Part shown: one piece after another, positions 50,826 to 64,000 of the stretch
Layout of the letters: each line of letters starts with the position of its first letter
Numbering within the stretch: the first letter of the stretch is position 1
Assembly (NCBI GenBank): GCA_025786725.1
Contig: JAHLTZ010000004.1
Location: 682,001 to 746,000, forward strand
Direction of reading: 5' to 3'
DNA: 64,000 nt
Source of the DNA: Syncephalis fuscata S228
Lineage: Eukaryota; Fungi; Zoopagomycota
The notes under the pieces: generated by a model
Databases searched by the model: none
Told to the model about the DNA's origin: nothing
What the model saw: only the letters and a program-made list of their open reading frames with translations
Position numbers and translations under genes: made by a program

Positions 50826-50855
50826 ACTCTCTCTCTCTCTCTCACACACACACAC
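50826..50855 (+). repeat. Compound (CT)n(CA)n microsatellite upstream of syntaxin
   Basis: Direct reading of the sequence. Confidence 0.9.
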
Positions 50856-50979
50856 AATACTCGTACGAATACGCTTGAACCAACATATACTGTTTAGCAT
50901 TTCTTTTGACAACTTTTGGCGGCAATAGTGACAGTAGTTTACGGTTATTTTATAACAATCTTTTTACGCTTTGACCATC

Positions 50980-52277
50980 ATGGCTTACAATCAATATCAA
51001 GGTCAGGATAACACCTATGAATTGGTATGTACGAGTAGGCATTTGTATATGCAAGCTGACATGTAGTCCTTACCGGTTATACGCTATTGCCTATTATCTC
51101 TATAGGGCCGTCTTGAACAAGGCCCAGACCCGGTGACACAATTCCACCAAGAGGTAGCTACAACAGCTCAGACTGCATTCATTTAATCTAATACAGCTGA
51201 AATAGGCTGATGAGTTGGAGCGTATGTGTGATATACTTCGGCAACGTACAAGCACTCTAGTAAACATTCATGCTCGCTTAGAGCAGGCTCTCTCCGAACA
51301 GGATACACTAGGTAGGTGGTTGATAGCAAAAAGTCGATGAATACCATTAATTCATTGAATAAAGCGGCACAACATGAGCTTGAAAAGTATAATGAAGATG
51401 CCCGCGCAATTACTCGTCAAATCATGGGCCAACTCAAGGCATTCCGACTTGAAACAGCTCGTATGCCGGCCAACGACTCGATTCGCCAAATGCGTGCCAA
51501 TCGGGTGAGTGACAGATAAATTGTCAATATGTTTATTAATATTGAATAAATGTAGTGCACGACCATTTCACGTCGTCTAACCGATGCGTTAAACGAGCAA
51601 CGAGAACGTATGCGTGTACATGATAATGCAATGCGTTCAAAGTTCTCTCGTCAATACCGTGCCTGTAAGTGGATACTGTAGATGGATAAATAACCATTTA
51701 ACTTTTATTCTATAGTGCATCCTGGTGCTTCAGAGAACGAGATTGATCAACAAATTGATCAGCAGCCAGGCGGTATCTTTGCTGCCGAACTATTAATGAG
51801 TGCACGGGCAGAACAAGGCCGTCAAACACTGGATGCTGTTCAAGCACGCCAACAAGAAGTTGAAAAGATTGTTCGCTCTGTAAATGTACGTTGATCAATC
51901 AGTATTAATGGGTGATATTTACCATATATATATTCTTAATAGGAATTGCATGAAATGTTCCAAGAATTGCAAACACTTCTTGAACTGCAAGATGAGACGC
52001 TATTGGCCGTTGAAGGTAATGCCGAACAGGCAAAGATACGCATGGAAGCGGCCGTCAAACATGTCGATACAGCTGTTGATAGTGCACAGGCTGCGCGCAA
52101 GGTAAGCATAGGCAATACATATTTATATGGATTATTAATATAAATGCCGATAATGATCGTGTATATTTCACGCCTTAGAAACGCTGGTGTCTTTTCTTCT
52201 TCTTCCTAATTCTCATTATTGTTATTGTTATTGTTGTTGTGGTGGTTGTCAAAAACAACAGCAAGTCATCGCCATAA
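50980..52277 (+). CDS. Plasma-membrane Qa-SNARE syntaxin (Sso1/2-like), copy 1
   Basis: Habc region, RQYRA|VHPGASENEI, SNARE motif VQARQQEVEKI..ELHEMFQEL..QDE, ARKKRWC plus C-terminal TM. Confidence 0.9.
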
Positions 52278-52513
52278 GTTTATGCGCAGTATGAATATTT
52301 TGTTATTTGACCATTTAAATTTCATTGAACTGATCGTTATTATAAGATGATAATAAATTGGCATTTTTGGTATTGATTTAATTGAATATTAACGACACTA
52401 ATTGTGAATCATGTTTCTAAGTGTAATGTCGATTTACCTCACATTATTATGGTAACCAGCGTGTACATGTTAATGTTATTTCATTCTCTGGCCATTGATA
52501 CTAATATTTTACC

Positions 52514-53920
52514 ATGCACCGACTTTTTGGCAAGGTAAGCATTAGCCATTAGTAAATACAAACACGTATCAACTGTGCATCAAAGGGCGCCAGAGCCCCT
52601 GAAATGGCAGAGGCTAGCGGGTCACAAGTATCGCCAGTAATGGATTTAGATGATTTTAATCGGGAGGTAAGTGTCATGAGTGTAGTAATAGGCCGGCTAT
52701 TGAATCCTGCATTTTATGTGATATGCAGGCCAACGAGTTGGAGCGTCAATGTGGAGAGGTTCAGGGAACGATCCGAGAAATGGTTCGATTACAGCGTGAG
52801 CTAGAACAGGCACCTACCGAGTCAGATGCTACTGGTAAGTAATTATGTACTGAGTTGTAATATAGTAATAGTTGATGCACAATAAATTAGCAATATCACG
52901 AGTTATCGATGCTAAAGCAAGTCAAGTGATGCGGCAGGCTTCTGTGACCAATGTAGGACTGCGCTGTAAGTTTAGCGAATTATAATGATGACTGAGGCTT
53001 ATATTGACTCTAGCAATGGCCACCAGAAATAATACATTGCCTCCTAATGATCCAACTGCACGAATGCGCGCCAATACAGTAAGCGGTACTTGTTGTAGCG
53101 TTTACAATCTAACAATGAGGCCATAGCATTCAAAATTAGTAAATCGTCTAATGACTATACTTAATGAGTATCAACAAGCAAATCGTATTCATCGCGACAC
53201 GATGAGGGGAAGATTTGCTAGAAAGTATAGGATCGGTAGGGTATTCAAGTATAAAGAAAGTAGCAATTACTTATAACGCTGTTCATCAATAGTAAATCCT
53301 ACGCTACTGATGAAGATGTGGCCAATGCCGTTAATCAACAACCTGATCATCTTTATTCGGCTGAGGTAAGTATTTTTACAACAGTAATTACACAATATGT
53401 GACTGTCAATAGATTCTACGTTCAACGCGTGGTGAGCGATCAGCCGTCGCTTTGCGTGCAGCTCGAGAACAACAGAGAGAAGTTAATCGTATTGAACAAG
53501 AAGTTGAGGTAAGTTTATTTCATTTGATGGTATAATTACTGATATTGATATAATAGCAATTAGTCAATTACAAGCGGAACTTGCTTTATTAGTGGAGCAA
53601 CAGGGTCAAATGGTAGATAGTATTGAACAGAATGTTTATCGTGCAGAAATTGCTATGGAAACTGGAGGTGGACAACTTGATAGAGCTGTGCGGAGTGCTA
53701 GAGCAGCACGTAAGGTAATTGGGCAAGTGGGATGCACCTATAACTAGCTAATCTTTTTATTGATGTTTAATAGAAACGAATTATTATATTCTGTCTTATT
53801 GTACTAGCAATTATTGTGGCCGTGGCTGTTGCCGTCCCAGTGGCTATTCCTAAAAAAAGTAGTGGTAGTGGTAGTGTGGTAGTCATAGTAACAACAACAA
53901 CAACAACCAACAACCAATAA
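52514..53920 (+). CDS. Syntaxin copy 2 (tandem paralog; apparent 1-nt frameshift near 53301)
   Basis: RKYRI|VNP.ATDEDV, LALLVEQQGQMVDSIEQNV, AVRSARAARKKRI plus TM. Shares intron positions with copy 1. Start at 52514 or 52604. Confidence 0.8.
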
Positions 53921-54068
53921 TAATAATAACGACAATACTAATAATAATCCTTGAGTTGTTGTATTTTGGCATTTAAATAAAGTCAATACGTATAATATAA
54001 ATTTATTCAATTTTATGCGTCAATTCTATGGCTTCATGGCCGAATCCTCAACTGCGTTGCTAATGGAA

Positions 54069-55051
54069 TCAATGTAGTTTTGTTTCGGTTAATAGTGCCG
54101 TTTCGGTAGAGGTATTGCCATCGAGTTCTTTGTATTCGATGGGCTGTGGGGCAGCAGCAGCAGCAGCTGTCACAACGGCTTCTGATGCTTTGCTAGCGAT
54201 AGGTTGTTGCAATACGAGCAAAGCTACATCGGTGGCCTTTTTAACCGCTTCCAATGTCTCGTCGAGAACTGACTTGGTGGCCATTTCGATGGAGGGATTG
54301 CGAGATTCAACGGTGACGGCAATCTGCTTAATCAATCGCAAAAAGAGAACATCGACTGTTTCTTGTGCTTTACCGGTAAATACACCTTCTAACAATTGAC
54401 CGATAAGCACGCCCATTTCGGTGAAATGATCATCTTTCATCTCAAGCCTAGGAATAGTCTCGGATAATGGATTGGTGGGTAGCGTTTCAACGGTCGTTGG
54501 CATTACTTCAATGCTATTTTGCACAGGGGCTTGCTCAATAGCACGGGCTACAATTCGACTAACTGGGCTCCACTCTCTGCCACGAGTTTCCGATGGCACA
54601 GTGTACACTTTGCCCATAAATTCGTGGAAGGCATCAAGCAATTGTTCGGTGAATTTTTGTTCATGAGCTTTTTGACAGGGGCGTTCATGTTAAACGTATC
54701 GTGGATTTTGTCGAAAAGACCGTTAACATTTGACTGAATATGACTAGCGATGTTTTCAAAAGTAGTCTTAAGCTTCATTGAGTCATTATTGGCTGGTGTA
54801 GCGGGCTCTTCAACTTTGCCTTTGTAGGCAAAGCGCTCGTCGCTAACTGCTTTGTTAAGCGCGTCGCGGATCTGACGCATGAATGAACTTTCGGCAAAAG
54901 TATGGCTAAGCTGATCAACGACGCGGGCAGTGGTGGCATCCCAACTGTTGGCGGTGGGCATCTGCTCGATTGGTTTCGCAGTGGCAAATGAACCAATAGA
55001 TACAGCCAAAGCGGCAGCACCGCATATCTTAACCAACATAGATGGATGCAT
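54069..55051 (-). CDS. Secreted alpha-helical protein of unknown function (one gene split by a frameshift at ~54670)
   Basis: Signal peptide MHPSMLVKICGAAALAVSIGSFATA. The 167-aa and 190-aa ORFs overlap and join across an A5 run (APVK/AHEQKFTEQLL). Confidence 0.7.
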
Positions 55052-55467
55052 AGTGAGAAATAAACTAAACTACAGTAATCTAATTTTTAATAACCAAAGT
55101 GGAAACTTGATGTGTTATAGTATAGCGTATATGAATTGGGTTACGTATATTTATATTAAACAAAGTTATTGTTTATTTATTTCTACAATAAGCTAAAAGC
55201 AGTCGTCAACTAATGAATATTCAATAAATGCAAATAAATAAACAAATAAACAAAACCGTTACTCATAGCAACATGCACCGCGATGACATGGTAACATGCA
55301 TATTTCTATTTTGAATAATACAGAAATCTAAATAACCTTGTGGATGTCGTGCCAATAGTTACCGTATGCCATTTGTGTTGATAGGTTGTTTATTATTTTA
55401 GTAAAAATACGTCATTTAAATTTATAATATTGCTAAAATAAACGTTTAAACTTTCATGACGTTTATT

Positions 55468-57364
55468 CTAAAATCGGCCAGCCCCACTTTGAATGTGTGA
55501 CGACGTCAATGCCTTCTTATTGGTAGTATCAGTGGTAATCGTGTCCGGATACGTGATGATGCTTTCCTCTTTAGTTAAAACTGCAACTTTTTTGTTTTCA
55601 TCCGGCTTGCTATTTTTTGTTCGAAAGTCTAGAATAACAAGAATGGGGACAATACGTAAAACGGAGGATATCACGACAAAGATCTGATATATGACTTCTG
55701 GGGCAACGCCACGATTCCAATAGTTGCCGATGTAGATTGCATTAGCCGCAAATAAAAAAAAGTATCCCAAAACACAAATGGCACAGATGATGGTAAGCTA
55801 AAATACAGTGTTATTATTCTTCCAGTAAGTAATTAAACATTAAACCCGTTGCTATATCTTTACCTGATCTAATACTCGAAGTGTTTCGGTTTTCATGCCG
55901 CAAATACGCCGCTTCAACCAAAAGACAGTGCCTAAGGATCGCTTGTTAACCTACTGATATACCATTTGTAAACAATTGCTTACCATGATAGATAAATCCA
56001 ATGATTACCACAATACGAAGAGTCAATGCAATGTTTGTCGTTACAAATAGCGCAGATGCTGTTGCTGAATTTATGGGCAATATCGCAAAAACGTAAAATA
56101 TAATTTCGCTAGTCAGAATACCAAAAAATGCAGCCCATATAATCATTCTAAACGCACGGAGATATTTACTACTTTTTACTTTTACGAGGATTGAATGCCT
56201 AATGATAATTTATTAAATTATTAAAATAATTGTAAGCTTAAATGATTTATATATCTATTTTAGTGTAACTTACCAAAGTAAAAATAATAAATGATACGCA
56301 ATAAGAAATAGTGATCCAACTGTTTGTTCCAATTGTTTGTAGAGTACGCTATTCAGATTGATCGGCAGCTTAATTGTTAAAACTGGAAGGTTGCGTTATT
56401 ATAGCTGTCTACACTTCTAGTGTGCAATTATTAATCAACGGACTTACGGCATGAAGCGGCCAGTCCACAACAGAATATGATCAAGGGTTGCTTTGGTGGA
56501 TATTCTTTAGATATAATTAGATTTACAAGGCTTATTAAACCTCGTATTGCAAATACAACGTTGAAAAAAATGGTAGCACAAATAAATGCAATGTATCCGC
56601 CCGAAAAAAATGCTTCGTTCCAAGGACCTAGTTCTAAAAGCGTATTGATGATGTATAATCAGTATCATGCAACATAGCTAATATAGCAGTTAGATTAATA
56701 CCTTGTTGCACAAATACAACTAGAGGACTGTTTTGCGATGTACTTTTTGAAGTCATCTCCAAGAAATGCTCTGTTTTTAACAGTGCCATAGGTATTGGAG
56801 GGTAGTCATTTGGAAATACAAATCCAGAACCGACATACAGAAGATTATGAGGTGCACCAGGAACAATATCAGGTCTTGGCGCTAATAAATATAATATAGC
56901 ATCGACAGATAAACCATTATCTGCCTTTAAGGCTTCTGCAAAGTTATAGGCCGCCATACCAGCCTGTAAATATAGCAGTTTAATTAGTCTTTTTTTTAAA
57001 ATAAATTGGGTGGCATTATGGTACATACATGAGATATAGTCCGACAGCCCTGCTGTGTGGCTAATTCCTCGCTTATGGCTACAATTACACTCTGTTTATC
57101 ATCTAGAGTTACACTAGTTGATAATTGGGCAACATCGGCTTTAGAATAATCAAGAGTGCATGATTCGTTTTTATTAAATCCAGGCTGTATCAATGGACCA
57201 TGGACATAGTATTGCGGCGTTTTAACCTGAAACGGACTCTGCGTTGAATAGCTATATGTATTATTATCGAACTTAAAAGTAACAAGCGCAGAAATTGGCT
57301 GTAAAAAACATGATAGGAAAACGATGGTGTAAATCGTAGCAGATACAGAAATAAAAGACATCAT
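55468..57364 (-). CDS. Receptor-like protein: signal peptide, PA-like ectodomain, multi-TM region
   Basis: Signal peptide, YYVHGPLIQ..CTL, GCRTISH, GPWN motif before TM1, 6-7 hydrophobic segments over ~6 exons. Confidence 0.75.
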
Positions 57365-57866
57365 GTAAGGCTACTAAGATAGGTGGAAGCGGTATAGCAT
57401 AGCGGCACGATAAATAAATAGTAGGAAGTAGAATAGAATAGAAAGAATAAAATTTAGAAAGTATTTACTGTAAATGATATGTGCCGTTTCAAATGCTCAA
57501 AAAATGAGACATAAACAGGTTATTAATTACCAGTGCGTCAACGTGCTGGTCTGCAAGTACGCATTAGACCCCAAAAGCACATGATGGGCCTCGTATTGCG
57601 GCGAATGGTTATTAATGCAGCCAGTGCCATTGGTGTTTTATTAACAAGTTATATTTAATAAGGGGTATAATGGCATGTTTTATTATAATGTTCAATGAAG
57701 ATACTTTTATAAAAATTGATTTCTATAATTATAACATTAACGTTTTGCCAAACATTGATTTGATTTAACTAATTAATTTAATTTAATTAATATCATTTCA
57801 AGGTTTTACTTTTAGTATTCTTTTCACTATCAGAAATATTTCTCTATTGAACACTTTATAACTGGC

Positions 57867-60800
57867 ATGTCTGACGAGGAAGAAGCACCAAGCAGTCGGC
57901 TACCATGGGGCCTGACTAAAGAGGGCGTAAAGCCGGGCACGATAAAGGTTTGCCGATTCGATTTATAGCGTTCTACTTAACAACTACTTATCGATTCATC
58001 AATGCGATGCGTGGATGCACGCCTGTGCAGCAAATAGCGGCTAAGAAGATGCAGACGTTTAAGATCGGTGTACAGAAGAAGACACCCTTCCAGAAACGAA
58101 AAGAGGAAGAGGAATTGAAGCGTAGAGTAAGCAGGAATGCGCCTGTAACACTATTATATGTACTGAGTCCAGTTAACAAATAGAAAGCGGAAGAAGAGGC
58201 AGCCGAGGTATATAAAGAATTTGTAGCCTCATTCGAAGATGATGAGCCAGGAATGAAAGCATTTGTCAGGGCAGGCACTATGGGCTCAAGCGGTCAGTAA
58301 CTAGCACTGTATCAGTTAATTGTGTAGTCATTGATTGCTATACTGTTATGGTTATTGTCTATTAATTAGATAAGTCGAGCGATACTAAAGCAGAATCACG
58401 TTCAGCTTATCGTCCACAACCATTTGTTAAAGCGGGTCAGAAATCCACATCTACTATTTCTACACCACAACAATTGAATAATACGGTAACAAAGTCTAAC
58501 AGACCAACAACAACGACTACAATTCGTAAACCTGTTAAATCCACTAATGCTACTAGCTGTACACCAAAAGCCCCAAAACGCCCAGTAATAACTACTCCTG
58601 GACAGCGCCACAATCCTTTTGCAGAGGACGAGGATGATAGTAGTGACGATGAAAGTGCCAAAGTATGCTATTATAGCCGTTAAAGTATTTGATACTTACA
58701 TTATTACAGCTAAAAGCCAATGAAGCCAATGAGAAAAAGCGTAATCTAGACACCTTTATGCAAAATCTGAAACGGTAAGCACATATCAATTTAGTAGTCA
58801 GTAGATTTTATAATTTAGTAAATTAAGTGATCACGAGACACACGAGAAACGATTGCAACAAAAACGACAAGCTATTGGCGATTATGGTACGTTGTTATGA
58901 AACTAAAAATTTGTATAATAATATGGCAATGATATGATAAAGATGGAGCACGTCCATCATTTACAGTACAAGCAGGTGGGCTATTGGCAACACTTTAAAT
59001 CACTACTAGCACACACTTATCATCTATTAGCGTTTGAAGATAAGCAAGGCTCACACGATCTAGGCGATCCAACGACAACGAATATATTCGTATCTAATAT
59101 TCCAAACGGTGTAAGTAATTGCACGTAGCTGTATACTATAATTAATTATTGAGTCGTTAATTAGGCGGATGAACTATTGCTATGTAAGCATTTTGGACGA
59201 TATGGACCTATTGGCAGTGTAAAGATTATGTGGCCTCGACCATATGACGAACGAAGCGGTAAAGGTTCAAGTAGATTGAGTGGCTTTGTAGCATTTATGT
59301 ATCGAGAACATGCCGCACAAGCATTAAAGAATCTGGATGGCTCAATACTTCTTAATAATCAATTAAGATGTGTCTGGGGCAAGGCAGTGCCTTTACCATC
59401 AAAGCCATTCTATGGTAAGTGAATTATTGGCAATAATAAATAAAGTGGTATATTTACTATAGTTATATCAATCATATTAGTACCATCGGCATCAAGTGGT
59501 GCAAACTCAACTAGTCGTTCATTTTCCAGTCGATTATCAGGTAAATAATACACTTATAAATACAATATATATATACATATATATATATTAATTCATATAT
59601 AGACGATAGCATGTCAAGTTCACGTCATAAAGTAAGTTATAAGTATATATACATCTTATTTATTCCTTAAATGTAGGAATTACAGGAAATAGTAGTGGAA
59701 CAGCCAACAAATCGTGAAGTACTTTATATTATTCATCGTACTGTAGAAAGAATAACTCGATATGGTCCACAGTTTGAGGTAAGTAATACACCAAGTATTA
59801 GATCTATTTTAATGTTTATTATATAGGCAACTATTATAGATCGAGAACAAGATAATCCAAAATTTAGATTTTTATATGATCATCGAGTAAGTAAAATAGC
59901 TGGTGGAATACAAGTAATGCTTATTAAATAATAAATATCTAGTCACCAGATCACACCTATTATCGGTGGCGGTTATTCACTACGTTAAACGGCGATAATA
60001 CAAGTCAATGGCGTGAAGAGTTACTGGAAATGTTTGATGATGACATTATATGGATTCCTCCTGAAATACATTCACACTTTGAAGTAAGTCTATCTAATTA
60101 AATAGAATTATATGCAATGACTATAGCTATCATACAATAGGATGATGACGATGACGATGACGACGATGGTAGTGATACTGAACACCGACATAGAACGGCT
60201 TATAACTCAGATGTTGAATATGAAAGGGAAAGAGAAGAACTGCCAAAAGGACAGTTGGGACCAATAGCCAAACGCCGTTTAAATAAAATGATTCGTATAT
60301 ATTCTGAAGGAGAGTATGGCAATTTAGAAATACGAGAACGTATTGGAGAATTTGCCCTTGATCACACAGATGATACAAAGAGTGTAAGTAGATATGAAAT
60401 ATATTTATATCTAGTAACTAACTCATAAATATATTTTATATACTAGGTGGTTGATATTGTTATTCAGTCTTTATTACTAAAAGATATACCATATCCTGTC
60501 AAAGTTATTCGATTTGAATTAATCAGTGAGTTACTGGTTAGAAGTGGTCAACCAGCACCGGGTGCATGGAAGATACGATCAAGGTAAATTACACCATAAA
60601 TATAGTATATCGTATTAATTAACACTATAACAATGATAGTTTTGAAGCACGATTGCCCGAATTATTTACTCATTTGGGTCAAGTATCTAGTAGTATTGGA
60701 TCACGTTTAAAGGCTGAAAACTATAAAGTAATTGAAATTAATTTAATAATATTTAATATATATATTTATACTAATAATATAAACAGCGGCAAATATTTGA

Positions 60801-61602
60801 TCATTTCCGGTTATGGGAGGGCCAGTCACTATTTACGCATGAGCAATTAAATAGACTAGCTGATTGTTTTGACGGTATTGACCGTACAGCAGATAGTACA
60901 CCTATTGTGGAGGTACAAACCGAACCAGTTCAACCGGTTAAACGGGCTGGTTTCCGTCCTATTGGTAGTGTGGTATCCGATACGTCTGCCAATGAGCCAG
61001 CACCAACACCAAAATTAATAGAGAGTACAGAGGACAGTATAGATGGTGAACCATTAATGGATACAACGATTAATGACACTAATGAAGATGATTTAAATGG
61101 TGAACCAATGGAATTAAATGACATAGCAAATGGCATACTTGACAATAAAGATGAGGAAGCAGAAGAGGATGAGGACGATTTAGATGGACAACCATTAGCG
61201 ATAGAAGAGGAAGAAGAGGAGGAAGAGCTGGATGGTCAACCAATGGAAGAATCAATATTTGATATGCCTGCCGAGTTAGTTGATAAACTAGAAAGATATC
61301 GTGCTAGTCTATCAGTTCAACCACAAATGAACGAGATCAAGATGAAGCAATTACTAATTGAGTTCCGTGATAAATTATTACAAAGCATTAAGATGACACC
61401 ATTACCATCAACATTAGAATCTTATTCTGCTGTGTCACACCCGTCATCGTCATCGCCATCAGTCATTCTCGATACAACTGTGGTTGTAAAAGAGAAAGCC
61501 ATAACCATAACAGAAAATGGAGAAGTAAAAAATACTAGTAATAGTAACAACAACAATAGTAATAATGACAACGATGATGATTTTGATATGTTTGCAGCGT
61601 AA
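57867..61602 (+). CDS. U2SURP: U2 snRNP-associated SURP motif protein (SR140): RRM + SURP + CID
   Basis: KKTPFQKRKEEE, AAEVYKEFVASFE, GDPTTTNIFVSN, FGRYGPIGSVKIMWPR, WGKAV, GPQFEA, HTYYRWRLF, DLDGxP repeats. Confidence 0.92.
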
Positions 61603-61679
61603 CAACAATGGTTATAGCAATATTAACAACAACAATAATCATCGTATTGATAGTAAATAGTAATAAACAGTTTGATTAT

Positions 61680-64000
61680 CTATTCGCCATTATTATTATT
61701 GTTACCATTAGATTGATTTACAGAAGGTGCAGCTGATCCTGGTCTATTACGAGTGGGTGTGGCCGACATAGATGAGACATTAGATGCTTGTGATGTATTG
61801 ACAGCAGATCTAGCAATGGCAGCAGCAATGGCGGCCGGTGAAGGCATAGCACCTATAGCACCAAATGATGGACTCTGTTGTTGTTGTTGTTGCTGTGGTG
61901 TTAAACCGGCCATCACTAGTGGAGAACCTTGTGATGCTGAACCAGGCTGGGGGTGTGTATTATTGACGGCGGCGGCAGCGGCAGCCACTGCGGCAGCTTG
62001 TGATGCCAAATTAGCTTGAGCCATGACTGCTTGACGTTGAGCCATAGCTGCTTGTACTTGAGCGGCTAATGTAGCAGCTAATGCAGGATTATTATTAGCT
62101 GCTGCTGCTAATGCAGCCTGTGCATTAAGTATATTTGTTGCAGTAGTAGCGTTCATTGATTGTTGTTGTTGTTGTTGTTGCTGCTGCTGCTGCTGTCGCA
62201 TTTGAATAAGATGTTGTCGATGTAACATATTAATTACATCCGGTGGTAACTAATAAACTATTAGTAATGTAAAATAAAATCTGCTTTAATCAATTAAATA
62301 CCTGCTGTAAATTAATCATAGCATTAGCATTATTATTGGGATTGACATTCATGGCCGAGGCTTGAAGTTGTCGTATACGCTGTGCATATTGCAGCTGGGC
62401 TAGACTTAATGGTAAATTACCTTGACCTTGTCGCTGTAATTGCTGGAGTTGGAGTTGTTGTAACTGCTGTAATTGCTGTGGTGTAGGTTGAATTTGTGGC
62501 ATAGACTGTTGTTGTTGTTGTTGCTGTTGCTGTTGTTGCTGTTGTTGCTGCTGTCGTTGTTGCTGCTGCTGTGTTAATAAGGCAAAGGCAGCAGCAGCAG
62601 CAGCATTTTGTGCTTGAACATTCATCGGTAATGGTGGGCCAGGTCGACCAGGTGTTTGCATCATTGACAAAGCAGATAGCGTAGGTGATTGTGCCCCTGC
62701 AGTAACCGATGAAGGTGTACCAGCAGTATTGGCAGTATTGTTAGCATTACCGGCAGCATTGGCAGCATTATTAGCATTGGCATTAACTGTAGCCGTAGAA
62801 GCAGGTGGTGTTGGAGCCGAGGTACGATTACCACGTGGTGTTGCATTAGCAGATTGTGGTGTTTGAATAATGGTGGGCTGTGCATTAGCTATGGTCGGTG
62901 TCGTGTTGTCCACTGTTTCTACATCATTGCCATTGCTAGTATTACTCGTATTGCCATAGGTGTCGCTGATGTATTGGCTGCCGGCATAGCTGTTACACCT
63001 CGTGCTGCTAAAAGTGCTTGTAGTTGTTGTTGTTGCAACCAAAGCTGATTGGCTTGATTTGGTAATGCACCAGATTGAGCGGGTAGTGTTTGGCCAGGTG
63101 CCGAAACAGTCGCCGCAGCTGCTGCAATACGAGCTTGATTGGCTAGTTGATTGGCCGTCATAATCTGTGATTGACGAATAAGATTAGCGCGTAGTGCAGG
63201 ATTATTGGCATAAACATTTTGTAATGTTTGTAAAGGTAATTGCTAACCAATTCATTATTAATTGAGTATAGTAATATACTATCTACTTACTGCTCGTACA
63301 TGTGCCTGCTGCGCTAATAAACGGGTAAGTTGCAGTTCACGTGTAATACGTAACTGTCCTAGAATACGCGGTGTAGGTGCTTGGCTATTAACATCAATAC
63401 CTGGTACTTGTTGGCCAGCCAGCACACGCTCCTTCTCTTCCGTAACTGTAATGGCTTGTGATACTAATAAAAAATAAAGCCATTAGCCATTAAATTTAAA
63501 TTAAATAAATATTTTACCATTTTTACGTAATTGTTCCCGTCGTTTAGATGCTTTACGGAATGCATCTTGCAGTGAAATGGCCTTGGGTGCACGTTTCTTA
63601 CTATCTTTTATCGCTTTTTGTTTCGTATCTTTGCGTTGCTTATTCATGACAGCCGTGTCAAGTAAATGCTCTGCTTCTGAGAACATACTTGAATGGCCGA
63701 CTGGGTGCGGTACAGGAATCAATGTTGGCTGGTCAGATTTACCTTGATTCTGGAATAGCCATCGATCACAGCAAGATTGTGCACTGTAGCCGCCTTTTGA
63801 CAAATTACGGTGACCATTCATACATTCAGCGATAAGTTGCCAGTTAAATCCATATTGTTCCACGAGTAGATTAAGCATACGATCCTGTTCCGGTGTCCAT
63901 GTCTCAAGTGTCTTTACATAATGATCGATCTTGCCAGAGGGTAGTACCACTTCAACCGGCCCTAAATCCTTAGCTTTACGTGTTGTAAATAGTTCTAAAA
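61680..64000 (-). CDS. EAF1: Eaf1/Vid21 NuA4 scaffold, 3' part (SANT/Myb domain + Q-rich tail); 5' end outside the window
   Basis: WTPEQDRMLNLLVEQYGFNWQLIAECMN..CCDRW, followed by a basic RKASKRRE region and a long Q/A/N-rich tail. Confidence 0.8.

Noticed and set aside
61680-63042. Long CAG/CAA tracts as a repeat element
   Set aside because: They are ordinary poly-Gln coding tracts of EAF1; the antisense poly-Cys ORFs are artefacts.

Overview
AT-rich, intron-dense fungal genomic DNA with short GT-AG introns (~45-70 nt). The gene content (M36 fungalysin, small His-brace LPMO-like protein, FHA kinase, several lineage-specific multi-pass receptor-like genes) suggests an early-diverging fungus, plausibly a Zoopagomycota mycoparasite such as Syncephalis; this is an inference. 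About 21 protein genes can be supported, including Fe-S L-serine dehydratase, MOB4/phocein, vezatin-like, FHA kinase, COG2, LPMO-like, SDR, M36, sphingoid-base kinase, amidohydrolase, calponin, NDUFAF2-like, two tandem syntaxins, U2SURP and EAF1, plus one tRNA-Ala(AGC). The most notable signals are outside the ORF track. (1) Two divergent, decayed Fanzor (eukaryotic TnpB) loci at ~9.6-10.2 kb and ~41.0-41.55 kb, both followed by the same collinear non-coding motif, a candidate omega-RNA scaffold that forms a well-paired multi-stem structure in the second copy. (2) A ~99.8% identical 1.04-kb inverted repeat made of a decayed Mutator-like element that brackets exactly one complete gene, the sphingoid-base kinase. 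(3) A 1.2-kb foldback element with chimeric arms at the junction of an old tandem duplication. (4) A small array of GC-rich hairpin repeats. Four single-base frameshifts in otherwise intact genes suggest some consensus errors. All translations and alignments were done by eye and need computational confirmation.
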